Positions 13,273 to 25,743 of a DNA stretch of 64,000 bases are shown one piece after another. The notes beneath the pieces were generated by a model. That model was not told where the DNA came from. It saw only the letters and a program-made list of their open reading frames with translations, and did not search any database. Made by a program: the position numbers and the translations under genes. Every line of letters begins with the position of its first letter. The first letter of the stretch is position 1. This DNA comes from Chiloscyllium plagiosum (lineage: Eukaryota): contig NC_057759.1 of NCBI RefSeq assembly GCF_004010195.1, positions 2,907,269 through 2,971,268 of the forward strand, read 5' to 3'.

Positions 13273-13555
13273 AGATTAGATTACTTACAGTGTGGAAACA
13301 GGTCCTTCAGCCCAACAAGTCCACACTGAGCCTCTGAAGAGCAACCCACCCAGACTCATTCCCCTACATTTACCCCTCACCTAACACTACGGGCAATTTA
13401 GCATGGCCAATTCACCTGACCTGCACATTTTTGGACTGTGGGAGGAAACTGGAGCACCCGGAGGAAACCCAAGCAGACACGGGGAGAATGTGCAAACTCC
13501 ACACAGACAGTTGCCTAGGCGGGAATTGAACCCGGGTCTCTGGCGCTGTGAGGCA
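13273..13555 (-). mobile_element. HE1-type SINE, slightly 5' truncated
   Basis: Reverse complement of 2878-3177. Confidence 0.9.
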
Positions 13556-13964
13556 GAAAAACTGAGGGCTTGTACAAGTGACAAATTGGGAACCTCTTTA
13601 CACAAAGTGAACCTTTGGAAGTGGTGGCCATTGGTCCGTCAACATTGAGTGTTGATGTCGTACTCTGTGTCGAACAACATTCCTTTTTGCAGAGAGACCA
13701 CACGATATATCTTACTGCACACTTTTCTATTCATCGAGTCACAAGGGGCACAGCAATGCACTGAGGAGTTCCATCCCACTTCCCAAGAAAGGGAATTCTC
13801 GAGCTTCCCAGATTTTAATGTTGACTATCAGGACCAGAAGAACTCAGAAAAGAGTAGGCCATTCGGCCACTTGATCCTGTCCACTTTTCAGTCAGTTACA
13901 CGACTGATGTGTGACCGAGTTTCAGAACCTAACTGCTCCAGGTAGATTTATCTATTTTGCTGAC

Positions 13965-15086
13965 CAGACTGGGCCTCACCGTAAACTGGGACACATCCCA
14001 AACTGAGTCCCACCCTAAATTGGGCCACATCCCAAACTGAGCTTCATTATAAACCGGGCCACATCCCAAACTGGGCCTCAGCCTAAACTGGGCCATGTCC
14101 CAAACTGGTACTTCCCTCAACTTGGCCACATCCCAAACTAGTCCACACCTGAAACTGAGCCACATCCCAAACTGGGCCTCACCCTAAACTGGGCCACATC
14201 CCAGACTGGGCCTCACACTGAACTAGAGTCAAGATTAGAGTGGTGCTGGCAAAGCTCAGCAGGTCAGGCAGCATCTGAGGAGCAGGAAATTCAATGTTTC
14301 AGGCAAAAGCCCTTCATCAGGTACGAGGAGTGTCATTCCTGATGAAGAGTTTTTTTTTGCATGAAACGTTGATATTGCTACTCCTCGGATGCTGACTGAC
14401 ATGCTGTGCTTTTCCAGCACCACTCTAACCTTGACTCTCATCTCCAGCAACTGCAGTACCCACTCCTGCCTCACACTAGACTAGGCCATATCTGAAAATG
14501 GGCCTCATCCTAAACTGGGCCACATCCCAAAATGGGCCTCACCCACACTGGACCACATCCCAAATTGGACCTTACCCTAAACTGGGCAACATTCCAAATG
14601 GAGTCTCATCCTAAACTGGACCACATTTCAAAATGTGCCTCACCCTAATCAGAGCCAGATCCCAAGAGGGCCTCACCCTAAACTGGGCCACATTCTATAG
14701 TGGGCCTCAAACTAAACTAGGCCACATCCCCAACTGGGCCTCACCCCTCAACAGGGCCACATCCCAAACTGGGCCTCACCCTGAACTAGACCACATCTCA
14801 AACTGAGCATCATCATAAACTGGGCCACATTCCAAACTTGGCCTCACACTAAGGTGAGCCTCACACTAAATTTTTTCAGATTGTCAACTAGGCCCTATCG
14901 TAAAGTGGGACACATCGTACATTGCACTTCATCCTAAACTGGGCCTCATTCTAAACTTGGCCAGATCTCACACCAGGTCTTATCCTAAATTGTGCCAGAT
15001 ATTACACTGAGCCTCACCCTAAACTGGGCCTCATTGCAAGCTGAGTACCATCCTAAATTAAGCCTCATCCTAGACTGGTGCTGATC
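13965..15086 (+). repeat. Minisatellite of 17-bp monomers in a 34-bp dimer (AAACTGGGCCTCACCCT / AAACTGGGCCACATCCC)
   Basis: Alternating units read directly; interrupted at 14227-14468; runs into a gap. Confidence 0.9.
14227..14468. mobile_element. Palindromic Penelope-tail mini-insertion with two degenerate hammerhead motifs
   Basis: 14227-14321 is the reverse complement of ~14338-14438; CTGATGA..GAAAC motif on each strand. Confidence 0.8.
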
Positions 15087-15632
15087 NNNNNNNNNNNNNN
15101 NNNNNNNNNNNNNNNNNNNNNNNNNNNNNNNNNNNNNNNNNNNNNNNNNNNNNNNNNNNNNNNNNNNNNNNNNNNNNNNNNNNNNNNNNNNNNNNNNNNN
15201 NNNNNNNNNNNNNNNNNNNNNNNNNNNNNNNNNNNNNNNNNNNNNNNNNNNNNNNNNNNNNNNNNNNNNNNNNNNNNNNNNNNNNNNNNNNNNNNNNNNN
15301 NNNNNNNNNNNNNNNNNNNNNNNNNNNNNNNNNNNNNNNNNNNNNNNNNNNNNNNNNNNNNNNNNNNNNNNNNNNNNNNNNNNNNNNNNNNNNNNNNNNN
15401 NNNNNNNNNNNNNNNNNNNNNNNNNNNNNNNNNNNNNNNNNNNNNNNNNNNNNNNNNNNNNNNNNNNNNNNNNNNNNNNNNNNNNNNNNNNNNNNNNNNN
15501 NNNNNNNNNNNNNNNNNNNNNNNNNNNNNNNNNNNNNNNNNNNNNNNNNNNNNNNNNNNNNNNNNNNNNNNNNNNNNNNNNNNNNNGTGCACGCTAACCA
15601 GTCTGTGGTGTATGAGACTACACAACGGAATT

Positions 15633-18447
15633 TTTCATGTACTTACCCCCCCCCCCCACTCTGGGTTCCTCAACTGTTCCAGAATATTCTATCGGCCTCC
15701 AAAATCAGTCGGGCGCCATTAACCATGCGGCCGGCAACCGCCGCCGCGAACCGTGACGTCACTTCCGCCCCACCGACCTCACAGTCTCCGCGATCGCCGC
15801 CCAGACAACCGCCTCCATGATCGCCAGGAAGACCATCGCCGACAGATTCGCGGACTCCGCGGGGTCCACCGCCATCGGGAAAAACACCGTTTCTGCCGTC
15901 GCCGCAGCCACTTCCGCTCCCAGCGACATCACTAACCTGCACAACCACCTCGCCACATGCGTCTCCGCCCCCACGCCGATCTCCGCCCGCACGCTTAACC
16001 CCGCCCCCACGCCGATCTCCGTCCCCGCTCCCACGCCCAACCCCGCCCCCACTCCCAGCTCCAGCCCTTCACCAGGTCCGAGCTCCCAGACTGCGGTGTT
16101 TTCACCATCCCTCCAGAACTACCCCTCTCTGAGAGTGAAAGATCAGTCCTCGGCAGAGGCCTCACCTTCATTTCCCTACGCTCTCGGATTAATGAGACAT
16201 CGAACAATTCTTCCGCCGCCTTTGCCTCCACGCCTACTTCTTCACCCACCCTCTGACGACCCCTTCTCCTGCCTCCAACACACCCCATCCACCTGGACAC
16301 CCCGTGCTGCCCTCTTACCTGCCCTCNNNNNNNNNNNNNNNNNNNNNNNNNNNNNNNNNNNNNNNNNNNNNNNNNNNNNNNNNNNNNNNNNNNNNNNNNN
16401 NNNNNNNNNNNNNNNNNNNNNNNNNNNNNNNNNNNNNNNNNNNNNNNNNNNNNNNNNNNNNNNNNNNNNNNNNNNNNNNNNNNNNNNNNNNNNNNNNNNN
16501 NNNNNNNNNNNNNNNNNNNNNNNNNNNNNNNNNNNNNNNNNNNNNNNNNNNNNNNNNNNNNNNNNNNNNNNNNNNNNNNNNNNNNNNNNNNNNNNNNNNN
16601 NNNNNNNNNNNNNNNNNNNNNNNNNNNNNNNNNNNNNNNNACCTCCTGCCCAAAATCCACAAACCTGACTGCCCCGGCCGACCCATTGTCTCAGCCTGCT
16701 CCTGCTCCACTGAACTCATCTCTGCATACCTCGACACGGTCCTGTCCCCCTTAGTCCAAGAACTACCCACCTACATTCGAGACACCACCCACGCCCTCCA
16801 CCTCCTCCACGATTTTCGCTTCCCCGGTCCTCAACACCTTATCTTCACCATGGACATCCAATCCCTGTACACCTCCGTTCCCCATCAGGAAGGACTCAAA
16901 GCCCTCCGCTTCTTCCTTTACCGCCGTACCAACCAGTACCCTTCCACTGACACCCTCCTTCGACTGACTGAACTGGTCCTCACCCTGAACAACTTCTCTT
17001 TCCAATCCTCCCACTTTCTCCAATCCAAAGGAGTAGCCATGGTACCCGCATGGGCCCCAGCTACGCCTGCCTCTTCGTAGGATATGTGGAACACTCCATC
17101 TTCTGCAGCTACACTGGCACCACTCCCCACCTTTTCCTCCGCTACATCAATGACTGTATCGGTGCTGCCTCATGCTCCCATGAGGAGGTTGAACAGTTCA
17201 TCCACTTTACCAACACCTTTCACCCCGACCTCAAATTTACCTGGACCGTCTCTGACTCCTCCCTCCCCTTCCTAGACCTCTCCATTTCAATCTCGGGTGA
17301 CCGAATCAACATGGACATTTACTATAAACCAATCGACTCCCACAGCTACCTAGACTACACCTCCTCCCACCCTGTCCCCATTAAAAACGCCATCCCATAT
17401 TCTCAATTCCTTCGTCTCTGCCGCATCTGCTCCCAAGAGGATCAGTTCCAATACCGTACAACGCAGATGGCCTCCTTCTTCAAAGACTACAATTTCCCCA
17501 CAGATGTGATCGACGATGCTCTCCACTGCATCTCCTCCACTTCCCGCTCCTCCGCCCTTGAGCCCTGCCCCTCCAATTGCCACCAGGACAGAATTGGTGG
17601 CAGACTGGTCCTCACCTACTATCCCACCAACCTCCATATACATTGTCATTTCCGCCACCTCCAAACGGATATATTTCCCTCCCCTCCCCTATCAGCGTTC
17701 TGAAAAGACCACTCCCTCCATGACTCCCTCGTCAGGTCCACACCCCCCCACCAACCCAACCTCCACTCCCGGCACCTTCCCCTGCAACTGCAAGAAATGC
17801 AAAACTTGCACCCACACCTCCCCCTTTATTTCCCTCCAAGGCCCCAAGGGATCCTTCCATATCCGCTACAAATTCACCTGCACCTCCACAAACATCATTT
17901 ACTGCATCCGCTGCACCGAATGTGGCCTCCTCTATATTGGGAGCCTACTTGCGGAAAGTTTCAGAGAACCTCTCTGGGACACCCGGACCAACCAACCCAA
18001 CCACCCCATGGCTCAATATTCAACCCCCCCTCCCACTCCACCAAAGGCAAGCAAGTCCTTCGACTCCTCCATCGCCAGACCATAGCAACACGATGGCTGG
18101 AGGAAGACCACCTCATCTTCCACCTAGGAACCCTCCAACCACAAAGGATGAACTCAGATTTCTCCAGTTTCCTCATTTTCCCGCTCCCCACTTTATCTCA
18201 GTCCCAACCCTCGAACTCAGCACCACCTTCCTCACCTGCAATCTTATTCCTGACCTCTCCGGACTATCACCCTCACCTTAACCTCCTTCCACCTATCGCA
18301 TCAACACCCCTTCCTCCTTACCTTTTATCTTAGCCTGCTGGACACACTTTCCTCATTCCTGAAGAAGGGCTCATGCCCGAAACGTTGATTCTCCTGCTCC
18401 TTGGATGCTGCCTGACCTGTTGCGCTTTTCCAGCAACACATTTTCAG
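15633..18447 (+). mobile_element. Penelope-like retroelement (RT + GIY-YIG), inactivated
   Basis: LLPKIHK..GRPIVS, FTMDIQSLYT, GVAM, FLRYIND (YIDD site), FTCTSTNIIYCIRC..CGLLYIG; frameshifts. 15-bp TSD CTACACAACGGAATT at 15618-15632 and 18448-18462. Confidence 0.92.
18355..18390 (+). ncRNA. Minimal type I hammerhead ribozyme motif in the Penelope 3' repeat
   Basis: CTGAAGA-A-GGGC(TCAT)GCCC-GAAA-CG-TT. Confidence 0.7.
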
Positions 18448-20474
18448 CTACACAACGGAATTCCCATATTCTCTCCATCACAGCCACAACGCCAAGATAA
18501 TGGGGAACAGGAATGTTGTTTTGGTGTAAAGTTACCTCACCTGGCCACAAAAAAATATGGACACATCACAAATAGGAGCAGGAATAGCCCCTTTCATCCT
18601 TCTCCCCTCCTGTCCCACATTCAACAGGTTCGAATCTGGGTCCCTGATGCTGTACGGCAGCAGTGCTAACCATTAAGCTACTGTGCTGAACACAAATAGA
18701 AGATAGAGTGAGGTGTAGGGGAAACGGGAGTTGGTAGAGCGGGGCTCAACAGAAATGGGAAGGCGATAGAGATTGAGAGGAGAGAAATGGGAGAGGGCAA
18801 TAGAGTGGGGGGTGCAAGTTTCAGAGGATGGGTTATTGAGGAGAAATGGGGAGGGGAATAGAGTTGCGGGAGATTGTGGGGACATGGGGTGGAGTGCGAT
18901 GGAGTGAGGGGAGGGGGATAGATTGTCCCTCTTCCCTGTTTCCTGTGCAACCCACTCTAGCCCCCTCCCCTGTTTGCCCTGCCACCGCCATATCCCCCTC
19001 CCCTGTTAACCTGGTCCCCACTTTATTTCCCTCCACCGCCCCCTCTGTCCCTCAACTCTATCGCCCACCCCCGTGTTCTCTGTGCAGTCACTCTATCCCC
19101 CTCCCCTCATTTTCTCTCTCCCCTAACTCTCCACATTCTATACCCCTTAAGCCCACACAGTTGCGCGGAAAGGTCACTTGACCTGAAACATTAACTCTGG
19201 TTTCTCTCCACAGATGCAACGAGACCTGCTGAGCTTTTCAAGCAATTGCAGTTTTTATTTTTGAATTACCACATTAGAATCCTTTTGGTTTGCATTCTCT
19301 GATAATCATCTCACATCTCATCAAGAGGGTTCCAGCAGCTTATCTCTACTTAATAAAGAAAATCTCCCAATATGTTATGTACAGGAATTTTGTTCATTAC
19401 TGAATATAGAATTAATGTGTACAAAAGCAAAGACCACTAAGGCAGATGCAATTTAAAGTGCATCGACGTGAGGTTAGCCAGTTTGGGAGCAAGAACAGGA
19501 AGGTGGATTATTATCCGAATGGCAATGGATTGGGAAAAGAGAATTGAGGACTGGAGTTGGGATGTCATGTTATGGCTGTTCAAGATATTGACCAGGCCAT
19601 GTTTGGAGTATTGCATACAATTCCTCTCGCCCTGCTGTTATTAATTTGGAAAGAGTGCAGGAAAGTTTTACAAGGATGTTATCAAAGTTCATGGGTTTTA
19701 ATAATAAGGGGAGGCTGGAGAACCTGGGACGATCATTTTTCCCTGGAGGGTCAGCGTCTGAGAGGTGGACCCTATAGAGATTTGTACAATCATAAGGGAC
19801 ATACATAAGGTGAATAGTCAAGGTCTTTATCCCAGGGTGGGAAAGTGGAAATGAGGGGATAGATTTTAGATGACAGTAGAGAGATTTAAAAGAGACCTGA
19901 GGGGCAATTTTTCATGCAGTGGTGGTTGCATATATGGAACCAGCAGCCACAGGACAGGTACATGGATAGGAAAGGTTTCTAGAGATATTGGTCAAGTGCA
20001 CGAAAATGGGGCTGGTTCAGTTTAGGAAGCCTGGTCAGCATGAATGAGTTAGGCTGAAGTGTCTGTTCCCCTGCTATATGACTCTATGACTCCATGATTA
20101 GGGGCATGCATGCTGTCCTTGCTAGCAATGCCCTACATCCTTTACCTGAATGAGGGACTGCAGTGTTTAAAAACCGATAACTCAGTCACTGTCTTTGCTC
20201 GCTCTAATGCTTAACAATTCATCGACATAGTCCTGCTGTTCCGTTGAAAGACAAATAGCATCTATGGACCAGAACCTTCTGCCCTCACACTGTTGTTGTC
20301 CCTGATGATGTTTATCGGTTTGTAATCAGACCTTTCTTGATGGACAGCAGTTACCAGATCAGTACGAGGGCGGTGATAAAATATTAACATCTTCAATAAA
20401 GCCTGTATTTACATCAGTCAGAGCCCTTATGTGGTGCCGTGGCAGTGTCCCTACCTCCGGACTGAGAGGCCAAC

Positions 20475-20818
20475 TTTTCTTTTATTCCTGGGAGGAGGGC
20501 ATCACTGGAAAGGTCAGCATTTACTGCCTATCCCTAATTGCCCAGAGAGCAGTTACAAATCAATCACATTGCTGTGTGCCCAGAGTCACATGTAGGCCTG
20601 ACCAGGTAAGATGGCATTTTCCTTCCCTAAAGGACATTAGTGAACCAGATGGGTATTACTGACAATTGATTATCAGTCACAATCAGTCTTTAAAGTCAAG
20701 AATTTTGTTGAATTTAAAATCCACCATCTTTCGTGGTGGGATTCAAACCCGTGTCCCCAGAATATTACTGGAGTCTCTGGATGAATAGTCCACTGATAAC
20801 ACCACCAGGCCAACGCTT
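20475..20818 (-). mobile_element. SacSINE1/DeuSINE-like SINE (duplicate of 2350-2694)
   Basis: Reverse-complement match. Confidence 0.75.
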
Positions 20819-21607
20819 CCCCATTCAAAGTTCAAGTCTGCAGCTCTGGATGTGTCTGATACCACCACTCCCATCATCGTGGCGTTTCCAAAACATCTGC
20901 AGCAAGAGACATCCCACACACTCACACAATGGAGTACAGAATCTTACAAAGCTGGGCCGATGCATCCGGCAGGGGTTTCGGATTGTTGAGAGTTCTCTTC
21001 TCCATGGAGACTCCCTATCCGCCATTCTTCCTCCATCCGGATCTTCAGTGGCTTGCAGCTCAATGTCCATTCTGTCCGTGGGGTACGAAGGTGCGAGTTC
21101 AAGCCGCACGCTCCAAGACACTTTCACCCTGAAAAGTAACCAGTAAAACTGCCTGTTTTTTGTTTTAGTGTCTCCCACCTGTCAGAACCGTCTGATAATT
21201 TCTGTTCTAAATTAGTCAGAATGGGACATTCACGTGATCATCCATTCATAGAAAGAGACAGATGATGCATTCCTCCCTTTAAACGTGGACCAAATGAAAA
21301 GCTTAATCCTCAGATATGTACATGAGAGCGAAAGGAGAGTCAGATATTAAATATCTAAAGAAAACCAGCAACCAAATAGTTTGATAAATTCAAAACCCAG
21401 CGAGGTCCAGTACAGATTGGTGGTCACACAACATGAAAGTAGCTTCCCCGGAAGAAAACGAGTGGAGTCAAAATGCCTTGTGATACACGGTTTCCAACAT
21501 AAAGTTAAGACGTTTATTATCGGTACACAGGACGTACATTGTATCGCTTCATTAGACGGTGTACTGAATCGAACCAACACCCCCCAACCAATCTGTCTTC
21601 TTGCTTC

Positions 21608-21727
21608 TTACTTCCGCGGAATATTCATGTAAACGTTTCCGTCCCCTCTGTCTTCTTCCTGCGAGGGCTCGCTGAGGTTCAGTGTGGCGTATGTGATACA
21701 ATAATCATCAAGGTCAGTCTTCGAATC
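21608..21727 (-). CDS. IgSF receptor paralog B, terminal exon (DSKTDLDDYCITYATLNLSEPSQEEDRGDGNVYMNIPRK*)
   Basis: Acceptor ttccatcgcag|GAT, phase 0, matching the preceding exon's donor; ITIM ITYATL. Confidence 0.8.
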   Translation of the reverse strand, partial: DSKTDLDDYCITYATLNLSEPSQEEDRGDGNVYMNIPRK

Positions 21728-23710
21728 CTGCGATGGAATGATATTGGAATGAAATTGGAATCGAGTGGGAGCAAGAAGCTGAAGGGAAAGGAGAGGTCCA
21801 TTGGATTACAGGTAGCAGTGAGTCTCTGAGGAAAATGGGAATCACCAGCAGGCAGTTCAAGGTCTGCAAGTTAGAATTCTGGCGGCAAAGTGATACTGTC
21901 CCTATCTCTGAGCCAGGAGGACAGGGTTCAAGTCCCACGTGCTGTTGTGGAGTGCCATACGGATATAGAAGAGGGAAGGTGATGCTGGAGTGTGACAGGA
22001 CTTTGGTGAGCCCATTGTGTGCTGTTCCAACCTCTGCACTATCGTAAGGATGTGATACACTGGAGGGGGTGCAGAGGAGATTCACCAGGATGTTGTCTGG
22101 GATGGAGCATTTCAGTGATAAAGTGAGGCTGGATAAGCACGGCTTGCTTTCTTTGGAGCAGAGTAGACGGAGGCGGTTTTGATTTTGTTTTCATTTAATT
22201 ATGGGACGGCAGCATCGTGGTTGGGCCCAGCATTTGTTGCCTTGTCTCCAGGTGCTCTCTAGAGCCACTGTACTCCCAACTTCTGAAGGTTAACTTACAA
22301 TTCACTTAGGGAGGGAATTCCAGCATTTTGATGCAGTGACACTGAAGGAACAGCTAATGTAATTCCAAAGAGCGTTGAGTGGCTCAGAGTGGAGCACACA
22401 ACGGTTGATCTTCCCGTTTGCTGTCACTGTCCTTCCAGGTTGAATTGGCTGTGGATATGGAAGGTGATGTTTGTGAATGTTTTCTGACTTTCTACAGTGC
22501 ATCTGGTAGATGGTACACACTGCTGCTACCAATTGGGTGCAAATGACAACGGACTGGCAAGTACTTAACGTCAATATCAGTGATGTTGTAATAATGTATG
22601 AAAGGGAACTGGAACATCAACACTAATATTGCCCCAATTTTCAAACTCACTTGTCTCTGGGCATTGGAAGTGGAATGCGAAACAGTGAGTAATCTATTCC
22701 ATTGAGAAAGTGTTGCTGGTTATTTTCCATTGTGTTTAAAGGCAGAACAAAGCTTGGAGGGAGGGGGAGCTGAGAATGAGAATGCAGAGATGCATCAGTG
22801 TGATTTGGACATGTTGAATGAGTGGACCAGTTTATTGTGAATCAGCGTGAGATTCCCCAACTGAGAGCAAAAACAGGGTGGTGAAATACTATTGAAATAG
22901 TGATGGATTGGGAAAGAGTGAGGTGTAATAAGACTGGGTGCCCCTCATACACCAGTCACTGCAAATGAACGTTGCAGAAGGAGGTAAATGGAATGTTGAC
23001 TTCCATAGTGAGAGAATTCGAGTCCAGGAGTAGGGATGTCTTAGTGCGCTTGCACAGGGTGAGACCACAGCCTGGAGTACTGTGTGCGCAGTTTGGGGTC
23101 GCCTTATCTGAGGAAGAACGTTCTGGCTATGGAGGGACTGCAGGGAAGAATTCCCAATGTGATTCCTGTGATGGCAGGACAGATGGATAGAGAGAAACTG
23201 TATTAATTAGGATAAGATTCACAGCAGTTTAGAAGAATGACGGGGATTCTAATAGAATTGTAAGAGGAGTAAGCAGGGTAAACACAGGAAGGATGTTCCT
23301 GGTGAACATGAGGGAGTACAGAACCAGGACGTCACAGTCTGAAGGAGATTGGGTAGGACGGAGATAGGGCTTAATGCTTTCACACAGAGAGTGTGGGAGC
23401 CTGTGGAATTCTCTGCCACAGAAAACAGTCAGGGCCAGAACACTGAATGTCGTTCAGGAAGGCGTTTGGATAGAGTTCTTGGGGCTAAAGGGAGAAAATG
23501 GGGAACAGGAGACTGAGTTGGATGATACTATTGAACGGGAAGAATAGTTTGGAAGGGCTGAATGACCTATTCCTGCCCCTACATTTTACGGTGTATTCTT
23601 CAATTAGTCTGATAATAATCCATAGTTCATGTTTTACACTGTGGATGCAAATCTACCTGCGCGTTCTGTGGCAATTGCCGTGGTCTATTTAGACATAAAA
23701 TGTGACATAC

Positions 23711-23745
23711 CTTTTTCAAATCGGAGGAGAAAGCAATTCTGTTGC
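23711..23745 (-). CDS. Paralog B cytoplasmic exon ((G)NRIAFSSDLKK)
   Basis: Strong acceptor tcttttcctatttgattttcag and donor AAG|gtatgt; phase 1 to 0 bridges the neighbouring exons exactly. Confidence 0.75.
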
Positions 23746-25272
23746 CTGAAAATCAAATAGGAAAAGATGAGAAGGGACTCTCTGCAGGCATTAGCGTTTC
23801 AATCTGGACCCATTAAGGGCTGATCAACACTAAAGACAGAGCTGCATCTTAGGAAAGTGTAGCTGTGCTTTTGTCAATCAAAAAACAATCAGTGCAACAC
23901 TTTCTGAATTGTGTCCCTCTCAATCAATCCAGACATTTCAGAATATCGCATTTAGAAAAGTCGGCTCTGTTGAAATCCAGCAATTGGTTTTCTAACCATT
24001 AAGACGGTGTATCAGTTTTTACGATACTTGTCAGCGCAATATGTTCGACAGGCCGTCTTAATCTCGTCAGCCTTTGCATCACTTGCTCATAAAAGACAGG
24101 AGTGAACTATTCAGGTTCCATACATTTGGGTTTTAACTGCTGAGCACTGCTAGTTCAGTGTGATTCAGCTGGCTGCATTGCTAGTTTTTGCAAAGCATTA
24201 TATGCCAACCTTTGCCATCAACATGGTTACAATTCCCACACCAGCTGAAGTTGCCCTGAGGGACTCTCCGTCTGAACGTCTCCTCCCTCATGACGCACGA
24301 TGACCGGCAAATTAATTTTGATGATCCTCCCACTTCTCTCTCTCTCTCTGTGTGTGTCTGTCTCTCGCTGTCGAATGAGAGGACAGGATAATGGCCTGGA
24401 ATAACATGACTTTTACAGCTCATCCCCTGACATGGTGATTAGAATGTGATCTGAGAGACAGATTTCATTGTAGATAAGACCAATTTCGGTCCAAATGTCG
24501 CTTATAGGTGTTGAGAAGTATCTGAATGATAATTGTAAGCTCAACTTTCTGAGCAACAATATGATTGGTGATGCTTTTATTTTCTCGGCTATCTCAAAAC
24601 ATTGAGTGGCAGTATTTGGTAAATTGGCCTTGAGTATTATGTAACAAAAACAGGACTTGCTTTCTCTCTCTCCACAGATGCTGCCAGACCTGCTGAGTTT
24701 CTCCAGAATGTCCGAATTTGTTTCAGATCTGCAGCATCTGCAATTCTTAGTTTTATTTGAGAATGATCTGTTTCTGCCTCTGAGAAGAATAAGGTACGTG
24801 TTGCACTGCCATTCTCACCCACAGAATCCCTCTCTAATTGCTCTGTGAGTTTGTTCTGGGTCACTGACAACATGTAAACTATCTCTGAATTCTTTGTCTT
24901 TACCCTATCCGAAGGAGAAGAAAGGGACAGAGCAGATCAGATTAAAACTTGTTACTGAATGGCTGGTTTACTACACAATCTTTCTAAGTGCTGGAGATTT
25001 CTTTTGCGCATGCTCCAATCCCTCACACTCCCTTCACTGCAAGCACCATGCTACTGGATTTTCCTGTTTGGAATTGGTCTCTCTCTCTCTCTCTCTCTTT
25101 CACTATTTCTCTCGCTCGCTCGCTCTCACACACACAACTTCCCCAGCAACTAGGATCGTGCTATTGTTGGAGCTTCAATGATTCCACCCCCCCCCCACCA
25201 CCCCCATCACCGACACCCACCCCTCCCATCCCATCTCACACGATCGTAGTATTGAAGTAAAAAGATCTTTAC

Positions 25273-25332
25273 CGGGCTCTTTTCTCTCTTTGATGGTGAC
25301 CTCTGAATAAACCAGATCCGCAGTTGTGTTTT
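25273..25332 (-). CDS. Paralog B cytoplasmic exon ((E)NTTADLVYSEVTIKERKEP)
   Basis: Acceptor ctttatttctttgtag, donor G|gtaaag, 60 nt, phase 1-1; ITIM LVYSEV. Confidence 0.8.
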
Positions 25333-25696
25333 CTACAAAGAAATAAAGTGCCACAAGAAACACACATCAATCCGACAGCTTCACTATAAAGGGCTAAATG
25401 ATTCATAGATAAAATGGATAGATAGATAAGAGAGATTGATAGACAAATACATTTTAGACTGAGATAGATAGGAGCTTGGTTAGAAAGGGGGATGAAGGTT
25501 AAAGGGGAGAAAGGAGAATGAGGTTGAGGCACACACTAGCTCTAATTGAGGGAGTGAGGTGCCTTGATCGGCTGAATTGCCTAATTCTGCTCCTATATCT
25601 TATTTTACCTTGACAGATTGATAGATAAACATGCATACAGAGACATTTCATTAGGAAGCATTAAGTTAGCCACGACTTCTCGAAAGACTATTGTAC

Positions 25697-25743
25697 CGGA
25701 AACGTGCACCTCGTCATAATCAATTGTCCGGTTGCTCGTGTGT
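25697..25743 (-). CDS. Possible alternative cytoplasmic exon ((I)HTSNRTIDYDEVHVS)
   Basis: AG/GT bounded, phase 2 to 1 fits, IDYDEV motif; both splice sites are weak. Confidence 0.3.

Larger units (their letters stand above)
18448..23180. repeat. Right arm of inverted segmental duplication (partner 1-5050)
   Basis: See left arm. Confidence 0.95.

Noticed and set aside
13965..15086. CRISPR-like array
   Set aside because: Contiguous tandem monomers with no unique spacers and no cas genes; vertebrate DNA.
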